From contig JAFDZF010000035.1 of the NCBI GenBank assembly GCA_018267055.1, positions 21,752-85,751 on the forward strand: a stretch of 64,000 bases of DNA. The letters run 5' to 3'. Each line of letters starts with the position of its first letter. Positions within the stretch are counted from its first letter, which is position 1. The position numbers were made by a program, and so were the translations under genes. The notes under the pieces are model-generated. The model worked only from the letters and a program-made list of their open reading frames with translations. It searched no databases and was not told where the DNA came from. The DNA is from Bacteroidota bacterium. Its GTDB lineage: Bacteria; Bacteroidota; Bacteroidia; Flavobacteriales_F; PHOS-HE28. Below are positions 52,536 to 63,200 of the stretch, piece after piece.

Positions 52536-53276
52536 TCAGCTGATGGCCATGGGCACGTCCAGCAGCAGGATCTCGGCGCCGTCGGGCCCGGTGCGAAGTT
52601 CGGCCGGGCGGCCGTCGGGGATCCCCAGCGCGTCGCGGCGGCCGAGCGCGTGCCCGTTGATGGTGGCCGAGCCGTCCACCACCAGGGCATAGATGCCGTT
52701 GCCCGCGCGCTTGGACGCGTACCGTTCCGTGCGGTCCGCATCGAACCGGCCCAGGTGGAGCCAGGCGTCCTGGTGGATCCAGGTGCCGGCATCGGCGGGG
52801 TCGGGCGACACGATCTGCTGGAACCGGCCGTGCCGCGCCTCCGGATCCAGGGTGATCTGGTCGTACCGCGGGGCCACGTTGCGCTTGTTGGGGAAGAGCC
52901 AGATCTGGAACAGGCGCGTGCGCTGGGCGGGGTCGGGGTTGAACTCGCTGTGGAACACGCCCGTGCCCGCGCTCATCACCTGCACGTCGCCGGCCTTGAT
53001 CACGGCGCTGTTGCCCATGCTGTCCTTGTGCTGGAGGGCGCCTTCCAGGGGGATGGTGATGATCTCCATGTTCTCGTGGGGATGCATGCCGAAGCCCTGG
53101 CCGCCGGCGATGGTGTCGTCGTTCAGCACGCGCAACACCCCGAAGTGCACGCGGTCCGGGTCGTGCCAGTTCGCGAAGCTGAAGGAATGCCAGGCGTCCA
53201 GCCAGCCGTGGTCGGCGTGGCCCCTCTCGCCTGCCCGATGCAGGACGAGCCCGTCCGAGGTGATCGTGGTGTCCAT
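52536..53276 (-). CDS. Pirin family protein
   Basis: GWLDAWHSFSFANW...GFGMHPHENMEIITIPLEG bicupin motifs. The internal ATG at 53276 is the credible start. Confidence 0.9.
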   Translation of the reverse strand: MDTTITSDGLVLHRAGERGHADHGWLDAWHSFSFANWHDPDRVHFGVLRVLNDDTIAGGQGFGMHPHENMEIITIPLEGALQHKDSMGNSAVIKAGDVQVMSAGTGVFHSEFNPDPAQRTRLFQIWLFPNKRNVAPRYDQITLDPEARHGRFQQIVSPDPADAGTWIHQDAWLHLGRFDADRTERYASKRAGNGIYALVVDGSATINGHALGRRDALGIPDGRPAELRTGPDGAEILLLDVPMAIS

Positions 53277-53295
53277 GGGATTAGGTTCGAGGGCA

Positions 53296-53303
53296 CAAAT
53301 ATA
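53296..53303 (-). promoter_or_regulatory. Candidate -7 promoter box (TATATTTG) for the pirin gene
   Basis: The reverse complement of CAAATATA matches TAnnTTTG, 19 nt upstream of the ATG. It lies in a short AT-rich patch. Confidence 0.35.
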
Positions 53304-53577
53304 TTTTACATGGAGAATATTTCCAAGCCGGGGTTCTGAACGCCCCGGGCCGCACTTGGAAAGCCGGTGCCGGAAGTCCGTTCCTCGATCGTCGCATGCC
53401 GTTCCCCGGTCCCGTCCCGGGGCGGTGCACGCGGAAGGGGGTCGGCGCCGTTCGGTCGTGCACGGCGGGGACCCCTTGCCGGACCTGGATGGACAGCCCG
53501 CTGACCGGCCCTTTCCGCACGCTCCGGACCCCGTCCTGCGTAAACTTCCCTTCACATGGCCCGAACGGTGAACTTGC

Positions 53578-53585
53578 TATGTTTG
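53578..53585 (+). promoter_or_regulatory. Candidate -7 promoter box (TATGTTTG) for exbB-exbD-exbD-tonB
   Basis: Matches TAnnTTTG about 100 nt upstream of the exbB ATG. Motif match only. Confidence 0.25.
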
Positions 53586-53683
53586 CGACCCTGCGTTCGG
53601 GCCCGGACCCCTTGTGCATCCAAGGCCCGCGCGGCATCAACCGATAGAACCAGACACCCCCAACTTCGAAACTTGACCTTCAC

Positions 53684-54499
53684 ATGAGCAACGGAAGCAA
53701 CTCCGGGAAGATGTCCAGCATGTTCGTGGCCATCGTCATTCCCCTGGCGCTGATCGTCAGCGTTCTTTTCTACATGTTCGTGCTGGGCGATCCCGCGAAC
53801 TTCGAGGGGGGCGACCCGATCAAGGGGCATCCGATCAAGGCCGAGCCCGCGCACACCTTCGGCCTGATCCACAAGGGGGGCTTCATCGTGCCGATCTTGA
53901 TCACGGTGAACCTGCTGGTGATCATCTTCTCCATCGAGCGCTTCCTGACCCTGAACCGCGCCAAGGGCAAGGGCCGCATCGACAGCTTCCTGGGCAATGT
54001 GCGCCACCTGCTGGCGGGCGACCAGGTGGACCAGGCCATCGCGGCCTGCGATGAGCAGCAGGGCAGCGTGGCCAACGTGATGCGCAGCGGCCTGGAGAAG
54101 TACCGGACGGTGTTCCGCGACGGCTCGCTGGACAAGGAGACCAAGATCAACACGGTGAAGCAGGAGATCGAGGAGGCCACGGCGCTGGAGCTGCCCATGC
54201 TGAGCAAGAACCTGGTGATCCTGTCCACCTGCGCCAGCATCAGCACCCTGCTGGGCCTGATCGGTACGGTGCTGGGGATGATCCGCTCGTTCGCCGCGCT
54301 GGCCCAGGCCGGTGCCCCGGACGCCACGGCGCTGTCCACCGGTATCTCCGAGGCCCTGATCAACACGGCCTTCGGTATCATCGGCTCGTGCATCGCCATC
54401 ATCATGTTCAACTACTTCAGCACCAAGATCGACGCCATCACCCACGGCATCGACGAGGCGGGCTTCAGCGTGAGCCAGACCCTGGCCAACCACAAGTAA
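53684..54499 (+). CDS. exbB: MotA/TolQ/ExbB proton channel protein
   Basis: Three-TM pattern with LSTCASISTLLGLIGTVLGMI...GISEALINTAFG. Confidence 0.9.
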   Translation: MSNGSNSGKMSSMFVAIVIPLALIVSVLFYMFVLGDPANFEGGDPIKGHPIKAEPAHTFGLIHKGGFIVPILITVNLLVIIFSIERFLTLNRAKGKGRIDSFLGNVRHLLAGDQVDQAIAACDEQQGSVANVMRSGLEKYRTVFRDGSLDKETKINTVKQEIEEATALELPMLSKNLVILSTCASISTLLGLIGTVLGMIRSFAALAQAGAPDATALSTGISEALINTAFGIIGSCIAIIMFNYFSTKIDAITHGIDEAGFSVSQTLANHK

Positions 54500-54568
54500 G
54501 GAAGGGCTCCATCGTGCGTACAGGCGGCGTTCGCGCCGCCCGCCATACCCGATAACAACCAAGAAGCC

Positions 54569-55204
54569 ATGCCCAAGATCAAGATGCCCCGGAGCAGTCC
54601 GGCGCTGGACATGACCCCGATGGTGGACCTGGCCTTCCTGCTGGTGACCTTCTTCATGCTCACGGCGCAGTTCCGGCCCGAGGAAGTGGTGGCCGTGGAC
54701 ACCCCGAGCAGCATGTCGCAATCGGCCATCCCCACGGAGAACCTGATGACCATCGTCGTGGACAGCACCGGCCGGGTGTTCTGGGATTTCACCGACAAGA
54801 AGGTGCGCACCGCCGTGGTGAAGGAGATGATGAACCGCTACCACCAGCCCCCCTTGACGGAGGAGCAGGTGGCCCGCTTCACCAACCTGACCGTCATCGG
54901 CATCCCCGTGCAGCAGCTGCCCGCCTACCTGGACCTGCCCAACGCCACCGCCCGCAAGGAGGTGGACCTGAAGAGCAGGGGCATCCCGATGGACAGCACC
55001 AACAACCAGTTGCAGGACTGGATCCGCGTGACGCAACTGATCTTCAGCAGCGACGCGGAAGGCAAGAACCCGCTCGTGGCCCTGAAGGGCGACGGCAACG
55101 TGAACTACGAGACGATGAACAAGGTGATCAAGATCTTCCAAGGGCCGACGATCAAGATCAACCGGTTCAAGATGATCACGGACCTGGAGGAAAGCCGCAT
55201 GTAG
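54569..55204 (+). CDS. exbD: ExbD/TolR biopolymer transport protein (copy 1)
   Basis: LDMTPMVDLAFLLVTFFML N-terminal anchor motif. Confidence 0.9.
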   Translation: MPKIKMPRSSPALDMTPMVDLAFLLVTFFMLTAQFRPEEVVAVDTPSSMSQSAIPTENLMTIVVDSTGRVFWDFTDKKVRTAVVKEMMNRYHQPPLTEEQVARFTNLTVIGIPVQQLPAYLDLPNATARKEVDLKSRGIPMDSTNNQLQDWIRVTQLIFSSDAEGKNPLVALKGDGNVNYETMNKVIKIFQGPTIKINRFKMITDLEESRM

Positions 55205-55276
55205 GACCGCCTTGAACCGATCGGGACGACCGGTGTACGGCACCGGAGGACCATCGGCCAGGCCAATACGAACCCC

Positions 55277-55903
55277 ATGGCAGAAGTACCCGGAGGAGAA
55301 GGCGGCGGAGGTGGACGGCACCAGAAGAAGCGCGCCAAGAAGGGCAGCACCCGCGTCGACATGACGCCGATGGTGGACCTGGCCTTCCTGCTGCTCACGT
55401 TCTTCATCCTCACCACCACCATGTACAAGCCGTCGACGCTGCAGTTGACGTTCCCCGTACCGCCCGAGAACCCCAATGAGAAGCCGAAGCTGGACAGGGT
55501 GAACAACGCCTTGACCCTCTTCCTGACGAAGAAGGACCAGATTCTCTACTACAAGGACGCGTTCAAGCCCGGTGAGACGCAGCTCACCCGCACGGACTTC
55601 AGTGCGGTGGAGAAGATGCTCATCGAGATGAACAAGCCCACGGTGGAGCGCATCAATGAGCTGGGCAAGCAGCTCAACGAGAAGAAGATCGAGAAGGCCG
55701 TGTACGACTCGCTGAAGAACGAGGCGCAGAAGCGGCCCGAGGCGCTCTTCGTGATCATCAAGCCGGAGAAGGACGCCAAGTACCGGAACATGATCGACAT
55801 CGTGGACGAGATGGACATCAGCGGCATCGGCAAGTTCGCGGTGCAGGACACCATCAAGCCGGAGGAGCAGGTGCTGATCGACCAGGAGAAACTCAAATTC
55901 TGA
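55277..55903 (+). CDS. exbD: ExbD/TolR biopolymer transport protein (copy 2)
   Basis: VDMTPMVDLAFLLLTFFIL anchor motif. Paralog of the preceding gene. Confidence 0.9.
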   Translation: MAEVPGGEGGGGGRHQKKRAKKGSTRVDMTPMVDLAFLLLTFFILTTTMYKPSTLQLTFPVPPENPNEKPKLDRVNNALTLFLTKKDQILYYKDAFKPGETQLTRTDFSAVEKMLIEMNKPTVERINELGKQLNEKKIEKAVYDSLKNEAQKRPEALFVIIKPEKDAKYRNMIDIVDEMDISGIGKFAVQDTIKPEEQVLIDQEKLKF

Positions 55904-55908
55904 CCGCC

Positions 55909-56745
55909 ATGACCTATGTGATCGTCATCGTGGTGCTGCTCGTCCTGAGCCTCCTGCTCACGCTGGACGGCAGCTGGATGAACGTGCTGCAGCGCGTGCG
56001 CAACAACCTGGTGTTCGCGGACCGCAACAAGGCGTACGGCGCGTACGAACTGCGCACCGACTACAACCGCCGGCTGGGCCTGGCGCTGGTCTGCGGCGTG
56101 GCCTTCTTCGCCGTGGTGATCGGCGCCCCCTACCTGATCAACAAGCTGGGGAGCAGCGTGGAGAAGGAGGAAGCCGTGAAGATCGTGGACGTGAACCTGG
56201 ACAACTACCAGGAGCAGCCCGAGGAGCCGCCCCCCCCGCCGGAGGTGATCCCCCCGCCCCAGCCGCAGATCGAGACCGTGCAGTTCGTGGCCGTGGAGGC
56301 CGCGGACGAGCCGGTGAACGAACCGCCCCCCACGCAGGCCGACCTGACGGAGACCACCGCCGGTGAGACCACGCAGGAAGGCGAGCGGATCGACGCCCCG
56401 CCCCCGCCCCCCCCGGTGGAGGAGGAGACCTACGACCTGGCCGCCGTGCAGGAGCAACCCGATTTCCCGGGCGGCATGGCGCAGATGTACGCCTACCTGA
56501 AGAAGACCACCAAGTATCCCGACATGGAGTTCGAGGCCGGCATCCAGGGCAAGGTGTACGTGGAGTTCGTGGTGGACAAGGACGGCAGCGTGGAGGAGGT
56601 GAAGGTGAAGCGCGGCGTGAGCCCCGGCCTGGACAAGGAGGCCCTGCGCGCGGTGCAATCGATGCCGAAATGGTCGCCGGGCAAGATGAACGGCAAGGCC
56701 GTGAAGTGCCGGTTCACGATCCCGGTGGACTTCAAGCTGCAGTAA
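55909..56745 (+). CDS. tonB: Energy transducer TonB
   Basis: N-terminal TM, a Pro-rich spacer (EEPPPPPEVIPPPQPQ), and the C-terminal TonB domain (PDFPGG...GKVYVEFVVDKDGSV...G.PG..EAL...PKW.PG...GK.V). Confidence 0.88.
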   Translation: MTYVIVIVVLLVLSLLLTLDGSWMNVLQRVRNNLVFADRNKAYGAYELRTDYNRRLGLALVCGVAFFAVVIGAPYLINKLGSSVEKEEAVKIVDVNLDNYQEQPEEPPPPPEVIPPPQPQIETVQFVAVEAADEPVNEPPPTQADLTETTAGETTQEGERIDAPPPPPPVEEETYDLAAVQEQPDFPGGMAQMYAYLKKTTKYPDMEFEAGIQGKVYVEFVVDKDGSVEEVKVKRGVSPGLDKEALRAVQSMPKWSPGKMNGKAVKCRFTIPVDFKLQ

Positions 56746-56761
56746 CGGACATCTCCCTTTC

Positions 56762-56803
56762 GCGCGAAGCCGCCCGATGGTCATCGGGCGGCTTCGCGCT
56801 TTT
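56762..56803 (+). terminator. Rho-independent terminator after tonB
   Basis: 18-bp perfect stem GCGCGAAGCCGCCCGATG / CATCGGGCGGCTTCGCGC followed by TTTT. Confidence 0.75.
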
Positions 56804-57267
56804 CTCCTGTGCCTAGTGATCGAAGGAACGGCGTCGCTGACGCAGGGAACGGTAGGCGGTTGCCTGTGTTTACAAGATTTTTACGCTTGCGTGATATAAG
56901 GCGACCCTTCTATTTTGGGCATAGGACCGGTCCGAAAGGACTTCCCCAAAACCCTCCCTTGGCCATTCTTTCGAACCCAAAACCCACCTATTATCCTGTC
57001 CCGTTCAATTCCAGTATCCGGTCTTGTGAAGATAGCCGGGCACGGCCCTGAGCGGGGCGTCCTTGGGTGAGGCCTTCCTCCACGGTCACCAGCCGTGCGG
57101 ATCGCCACCAAGGACCTGTCATAGTTCCCTACCCCCCTTCATGCATCGGTGCTTGCTCGACAGCGCACCGCCGGTCCCCGGTCCATCCCCCGGAGACCCC
57201 TGATCACGGTCCCGATGGGCCGCACACCATCGCTTCTTCTCTTGAAACAAACCCAAAACCCTTGATC

Positions 57268-60200
57268 ATGAATTGTCGGAACGCATCGACACCACCCTTG
57301 CGCCGAACATCGCGCTGGCGCAAGATGGCTTTGGCCCTGGCAGCGTTCACCCTGCTCGGGACGGCCAAGGCGCAAGTGGCCTGGTACCTCTTCTCCCAAT
57401 CCTCCGGCACCTATACGCCCATCACGACCGGAGGGGGTGCCGTAGCAGCCATCGCCGCCGGATGGGATGACAACGTCGTGAACGTGACCATCCCGTCCTT
57501 TTCGTTCAACGGCGTGGCGTACACCGCTGTGAACGTGAACTCGAACGGGTACATCACGTTCGGGGCCACGGCGCCAAGCTCCACGAGCTACACCCCGATC
57601 AGCAGTTCCACCGCCTATGCAGGCGCCGTTTCCGCCTTCACCCGCGACCTTATCGACGGGGACGTGGGCGCGCAAAACCCCATCCTGCAGCAAACCGTCG
57701 GCAATGAGGTCGTCTTCCAGTGGACCAATGCCTTCCGCTACAGCGGGGGACGGATCGCGGGGGATGCGCTCAATTTCCAGATCCGGCTGAACACGGTCAC
57801 CAACGTGGTGAGCGTGGTCTATGGCACCTGCACGGCCACCAGCACTTCCCTGACGGGACAGGTCGGCCTCCGTGGTGCGGCCAATACCGATTACAACAAC
57901 CGGACGACGACAACGAACTGGGCCGCGACCACCGCTGGTACGGCCAATAGCTCCACCTGCACCACATCGGCCACGGTGATGCCGGCCTCCGGATCGACGT
58001 TCACGTGGACCCGGAGCACCTGTCCTCGTCCGACGGCTCCGACGGCGACCGGCCTCACCCCCAGCGGCGCCAACATCGGATGGACCTGCACCGGTTGCAC
58101 CGGCTCCTTCATCCTGGAGTATGGTCCTGCATCCACCTTCACCGATCCAGGCGCAGGCGCCACTGCTGGTCCGAACGGCATAGTGGTCAACCCCGCTACC
58201 GCGCCACAGGCTATCGCCGGGCTGACCCCCAGCACACAATACCGCTATTTCATCCGACAGGATTGCGGTGGCGGTGCCTTCAGCAACAACTCCGCCGCGG
58301 CCACCTTCACAACAACGGCCGCCTGCCCCACCGTCACTTCCTCCGCTGCTACAAGCGTCACACAGACCGGCGCGAACGCGAACTGGTCCTGCACGAGCTG
58401 CACGGGGTCCTTCATCATCGAGTACGGCCCTTCGAGCACCTTCACCACCCCTGGGACCGGTACCTCCCCCGGTACTAATGGCACTGTGATCACGGCCCTC
58501 GCTGGAACGACCACGACCCCGATCACCGGGTTGACACCGGCCACGGCCTATCGCTATTTCGTCCGCCAGGACTGCACCGGCGCCGGGTTCGGCTATGGCC
58601 TGAACTCCGCAGGCCAAGTATTCACCACCGCCTGCGCGGCGGCCACGATGCCGTTCGTACAGAACTTCGATGCGGTCACGACACCGTCCCTGCCTTCGTG
58701 CTTCACCAAACAGACCATTGCCGGCAACTCCAGCGGCTGGTTCACGGTCAATGATGCCCTGAACCTGCAGCTCGGTTATACCGGCAATGTCATCCTGTAC
58801 CAATACAGTTCGTCATCCGCTGCGAACGCGTGGTTCTTCACGCCCGGGTTCGACCTCACCGCTGGTGTGAGCTATCGTCTCCAATACCGGTATGGCAATG
58901 ACGGAGGGAGCTCATACCCCGAGAAGATGAAGGTCGCCTACGGCACAGCGGCCAATGCGGCCGGCATGTCGCTGCCGATCTTCGACCATGGGACCATCTC
59001 CAGCACGACCAACGCGCTCAAGATCGTCGATTTCATCCCTCCGAGTTCCGGGACGTACTACATCGGCTTCCAAGCCTATTCCGATGCGGACATGGACCTG
59101 CTGATCGTGGACGACATCCGCGTGAAGGTGACACCGACCTGCAATGCGCCCACCCCGACGGTCAGCAACGTCACGCTCAACAGCGCTGACCTGAGCTGGA
59201 CCAACAATGCTTCGGAGAGCTACAACTACGAAGTACGCAGCAGCGGTGACGCCGGAAGCGGCGCCACCGGACTGGTCGCCAGCGGCAACGTGGCCGGGGG
59301 ACCCGTGGCGCTCAGCGGCCTGGTCGTGAATACCCGGTATACCGCTTATGTACAGGGCGTATGCGAGTCCGGCACCGTGCTGAGCGATTGGAGCGTGGGG
59401 GCCTCCTTCTCGGCCTATTGCACCCCCACGCACTCGGCCACCTGTGGCAATGGCGACATCACGAACGTGACGTTCGGTCCGATGACGAACACCTCGACCT
59501 GCGGGCCTACTCCATACACGTTCTATCCCCCGTCATCGGTGACGGCATCCCTCAATCAGTCCCTGAGCTACGATCTTTCGGTCACGAACTCCGCTTCGTC
59601 CATCATCTCGGTCTGGATCGATTGGGATCACGATCTCCAGTATGAAGCCAGCGAATGGACACAAGTGGCCACGGCGAGCACGGCCGGTGCACCCGCTACG
59701 GTCACCATCGCCATTCCCGTCGACGCCCCCCTTGGTGAAACGTACATGCGCATCCGGGCCCGGAATGCCGGGAACACCAATGGCTCCGGAGATGCATGCT
59801 CAAGCTTCGGCTCCGGTGAGAGCGAGGATTATGTCTTCACGGTAGCCCCCCCTCCCACTTGCTTGGCGCCGACCGGCATCGCCGCAAGCAATGTCACGTT
59901 CTCGACAGCTACCATCAATTGGACGAACAACTCCTCGGAGAGCTACAATTATGAGGTGCGTTCGAGCGGCCTGCCGGGCAGCGGTGCCACGGGACTGATC
60001 CAAAGCGGCAACATGTCCGGAGGTCCGGTGGCCGTATCCGGTCTGTCCGCATCCACGACCTACATGGCCTACGTGCAAGGGATCTGCTCGGGGGGCTCGG
60101 ACCTGAGCAGCTGGAGCAGTGCGGTCACCTTCTTCACGGGCTACTGTTCAGCCACCAGCACCAGCACCAGCTTTGAAAAGATCGGTCAAGTGACCGTGGC

Positions 60201-63200
60201 CGACATTGATAATAGCTCGACCTCCACGGCTGGCTATGAGGACTTTTCCGCCGTGATCGGGACCATGGATGCCGGTGGCAGCTACCCGGTGACCGTGAAC
60301 ATCACTTCCTCCTATACCGGTGACCAGGTGCTTATCTGGATCGATGCGAACCAGGACCTGGATTTCGATGATCCCGGCGAGCTGGCGTTCTCATTGCAGC
60401 CTCCCACCATCGGCAGCGCGGTGCCTTATGCCTTTACCGGCACGTTGAGCGTCCCACCGACGGCCCTGGCTGGCCAAACGCGCATGCGCGTCCGTCTGCA
60501 CGACACGGGTGGAAGCCCCGCCAACAGCACACCCTGTGGCATCGCGCAATACGGTCAAGTGGAGGATTATACGCTGAACATCACCATCCCACCCTGCCTC
60601 CCGCCTTCACTGACATTGAGCGTGTTGTCCGCAACGGGTGTGACGATCTCCTGGACGGACAACCCCTTGGCGGCCTATGAATATGAAGTGCGCACCTCGG
60701 GTGCGGCGGGCAGCGGCCCTTCCGGCCTGGTGGCCAACGGTACGTTGACCGGCTCCCCCATGGACGCAACAGGGCTCCTGACGCCGAACACGTCATACAC
60801 GGCCTACGTGCGCAGCTTGTGCGATGGCGGGGCCACGCAGAGCGCTTGGGCACAGCTGACCTTCTTTACCGGCTACTGCACAGCTTCCGCTACGGATATG
60901 ACGAACGCCGGTCTGCTGATCAGCAACGTGGCCGTGGCGGACATCAACAACCCGACGACCGCAGTGATCGGCTATGAGGACCTCACCAGCGTGGTGGGCA
61001 ATGTATTGGTGGGCCAGGATTACCCCTTGGTGATCACCCGCGGCAACAACTATAGCAATGACCAAGTGCTGGCCTGGGTGGATTGGAACCAGGACCTGGA
61101 TTTCAATGATGCGAACGAGCTGGTGCTCACCTCGGCGATCAACGGCCCGATGAGCGGTACCATGCATGTGCCGGCAGGGGCTCTGCCAGGCCCGACGCGT
61201 ATGCGCATCCGCCTGCACAATACCACGGCCGGCCTTACGGCGAACGCTACCCCCTGTGGCACATCGACCGTGGGTCAAGTCGAGGACTACACCTTGAACG
61301 TAGTGGTGTCCACCTGTGTGTTCCCAAGCGATGCGGCGATCAGCAGCATCACGACCACCGGTGCCATGATCAATTGGACCGCCGTGGGCTCGAACACCTA
61401 CGAGTACGAACTGCGCACCAGCGGTGCCCCCGGCAACCCGACGGGCTTGGTCTTGAGCGGCACGACCGCATCGACGAACGTCGACCTCTCGGGTCAGTTG
61501 ACACAGAACACGGCCTACCGGTTCTATGTGCGCAGTGTGTGCACGGGCCCGGAGACGAGCCTGTGGTCTCCGTCTCTGAACTTCCGTTCAGGATGCGGTG
61601 TAGGGAACGTGCCCTACAGTGAGGACTTCGGTTCGCTTGATCCTCCCCCGACCGCCCTGCCATACTGCTACGGATCGGAAGTGATCGGCGTCAGTGGTGG
61701 AGCATGGGGAACGTATTTCATCAACGGTGGCGCGTTCCAGGCTTCTTCACCGGTCGCCCTTTGCCCCAACAATACTTCGGCCGCGACGGACGCCTGGATG
61801 TTCGTACGCCAGTTGCACCTCATCGGCGGCACCAGCTACCGCCTCACCTATCTCTATGGCAACAACGGCGGTGCATCGGGCCTGAACCTCTCTGTACACT
61901 ACGGGGCGTCCGCAAGCGCTGCGGCCATGACCAATCCGATCGTGGACCATGGCGCGGTGCTGACCATTCCGAACAGCGGTCTGACGGACTTCGTTCCGGC
62001 GACCACGGGTGATTACTACATCGGCTTCCACGCCACAGGGCCCGCCGGAGCGGCCACCTTCGTTGCAGTGGAGAACCTTGTGGTGGACCTCTCGCCCCCG
62101 TGCATCGCTCCAACGGCGATCACCGTAAGCGGTGTCACCTATACCTCTGCTACGCTGAACTGGACGAACAGCACGGCTGCGGAATATGAATATGAGCTAC
62201 GCACCAGCGGCGCTGCCGGTTCCGGCGCCACCGGCCTGGTGGCGACGGGCATTGTCCCAGGTGGACCGGTCCCCCTCAGCGGTTTGACCCCGAATACGAG
62301 CTATACAGCGTATGTGCGCGGTGTCTGTGACCCGATCACCAGCACCTGGGCCGCACCGGTATCGTTCGTCACGGGATACTGCTCCGTGAACGCGACGGAC
62401 TGCGAAGAGAACATCGGCCGCGTGCAGATGGGCGCGCTCGACCATACCAGCGGCCTGGGCTGCAACGGCGGCTACCAGGACCTGACCGCCCACACCGGCA
62501 CCCTGATTCTGGGCATACCCCAACCGATCACGGTCACGCTGATGACCAATGGCTCGCTCTACTCTGCGGACTCCGTATCCGTCTTCATCGACTGGAACCA
62601 GGACCTCGACCTCAGCGACGCCGGTGAGAAGTACAGGCTGCTCTCCTCGGACGGCAGCGTGCACTTCACCGGCACGATCGATGTGCCTCCCACGGCCTTG
62701 GCCGGTCCGACCCGCATGCGGGTGCGCCTCACATACAATACCGCACCCCTCCCCTGCGGCACGCAAGCCTGGGGCGAAACGGAGGACTACACGGTGGATG
62801 TGGTGATAACGGACTGCCTTCCGCCCACGGACCTGAGCGTGATCAACATCACCGGTACCACCGCCGACCTGACCTGGACGGACAATGGCGCAGTGAGCTA
62901 TGATTACGAGGTGCGTTCAAGCGGCGCCCCTGAATCGGGTCCCACCGGCCTCGCGGCCAGTGGCAATGTGACCGGAAGCCCCGCGAACGTGACCGACCTG
63001 ACCGGATTGGCGACCTACACGGCTTACATCCGGGCGAACTGCGATGGGCCTTCCACCGGTCCGTGGATGGGGGTTCCCTTCACCATGGACTGTGCCGGCT
63101 CGACCTGCAACTATTCCGTCGCCGCCTATGACCTCTATGGTGACGGCTGGAACGGCGGCACGGTGGACGTGTTGGTGAACCACGTCGTGGTAGCGACCGT

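Noticed and set aside
53281-53300. GGTTCGAGGG resembling a tRNA T-loop (GGTTCGA) near the pirin start.
   Set aside because: No acceptor, D or anticodon arms can be built around it. It sits inside a promoter-like AT-rich patch 5 nt from a start codon.
56809-57111. Track ORFs 56809..57051 (+) and 56881..57111 (-) in the gap upstream of the giant gene.
   Set aside because: There is no frame-specific G/C third-position bias, the peptides are implausible, and no start context is present. The region is treated as noncoding leader or intergenic DNA.
57139-58803. 554-aa minus-strand ORF, the longest track entry in the last 7 kb.
   Set aside because: It is antisense to the plus-strand frame that carries the signal peptide and the FN3/GEVED motifs, and its translation is Gly/Arg-rich with no domain grammar.
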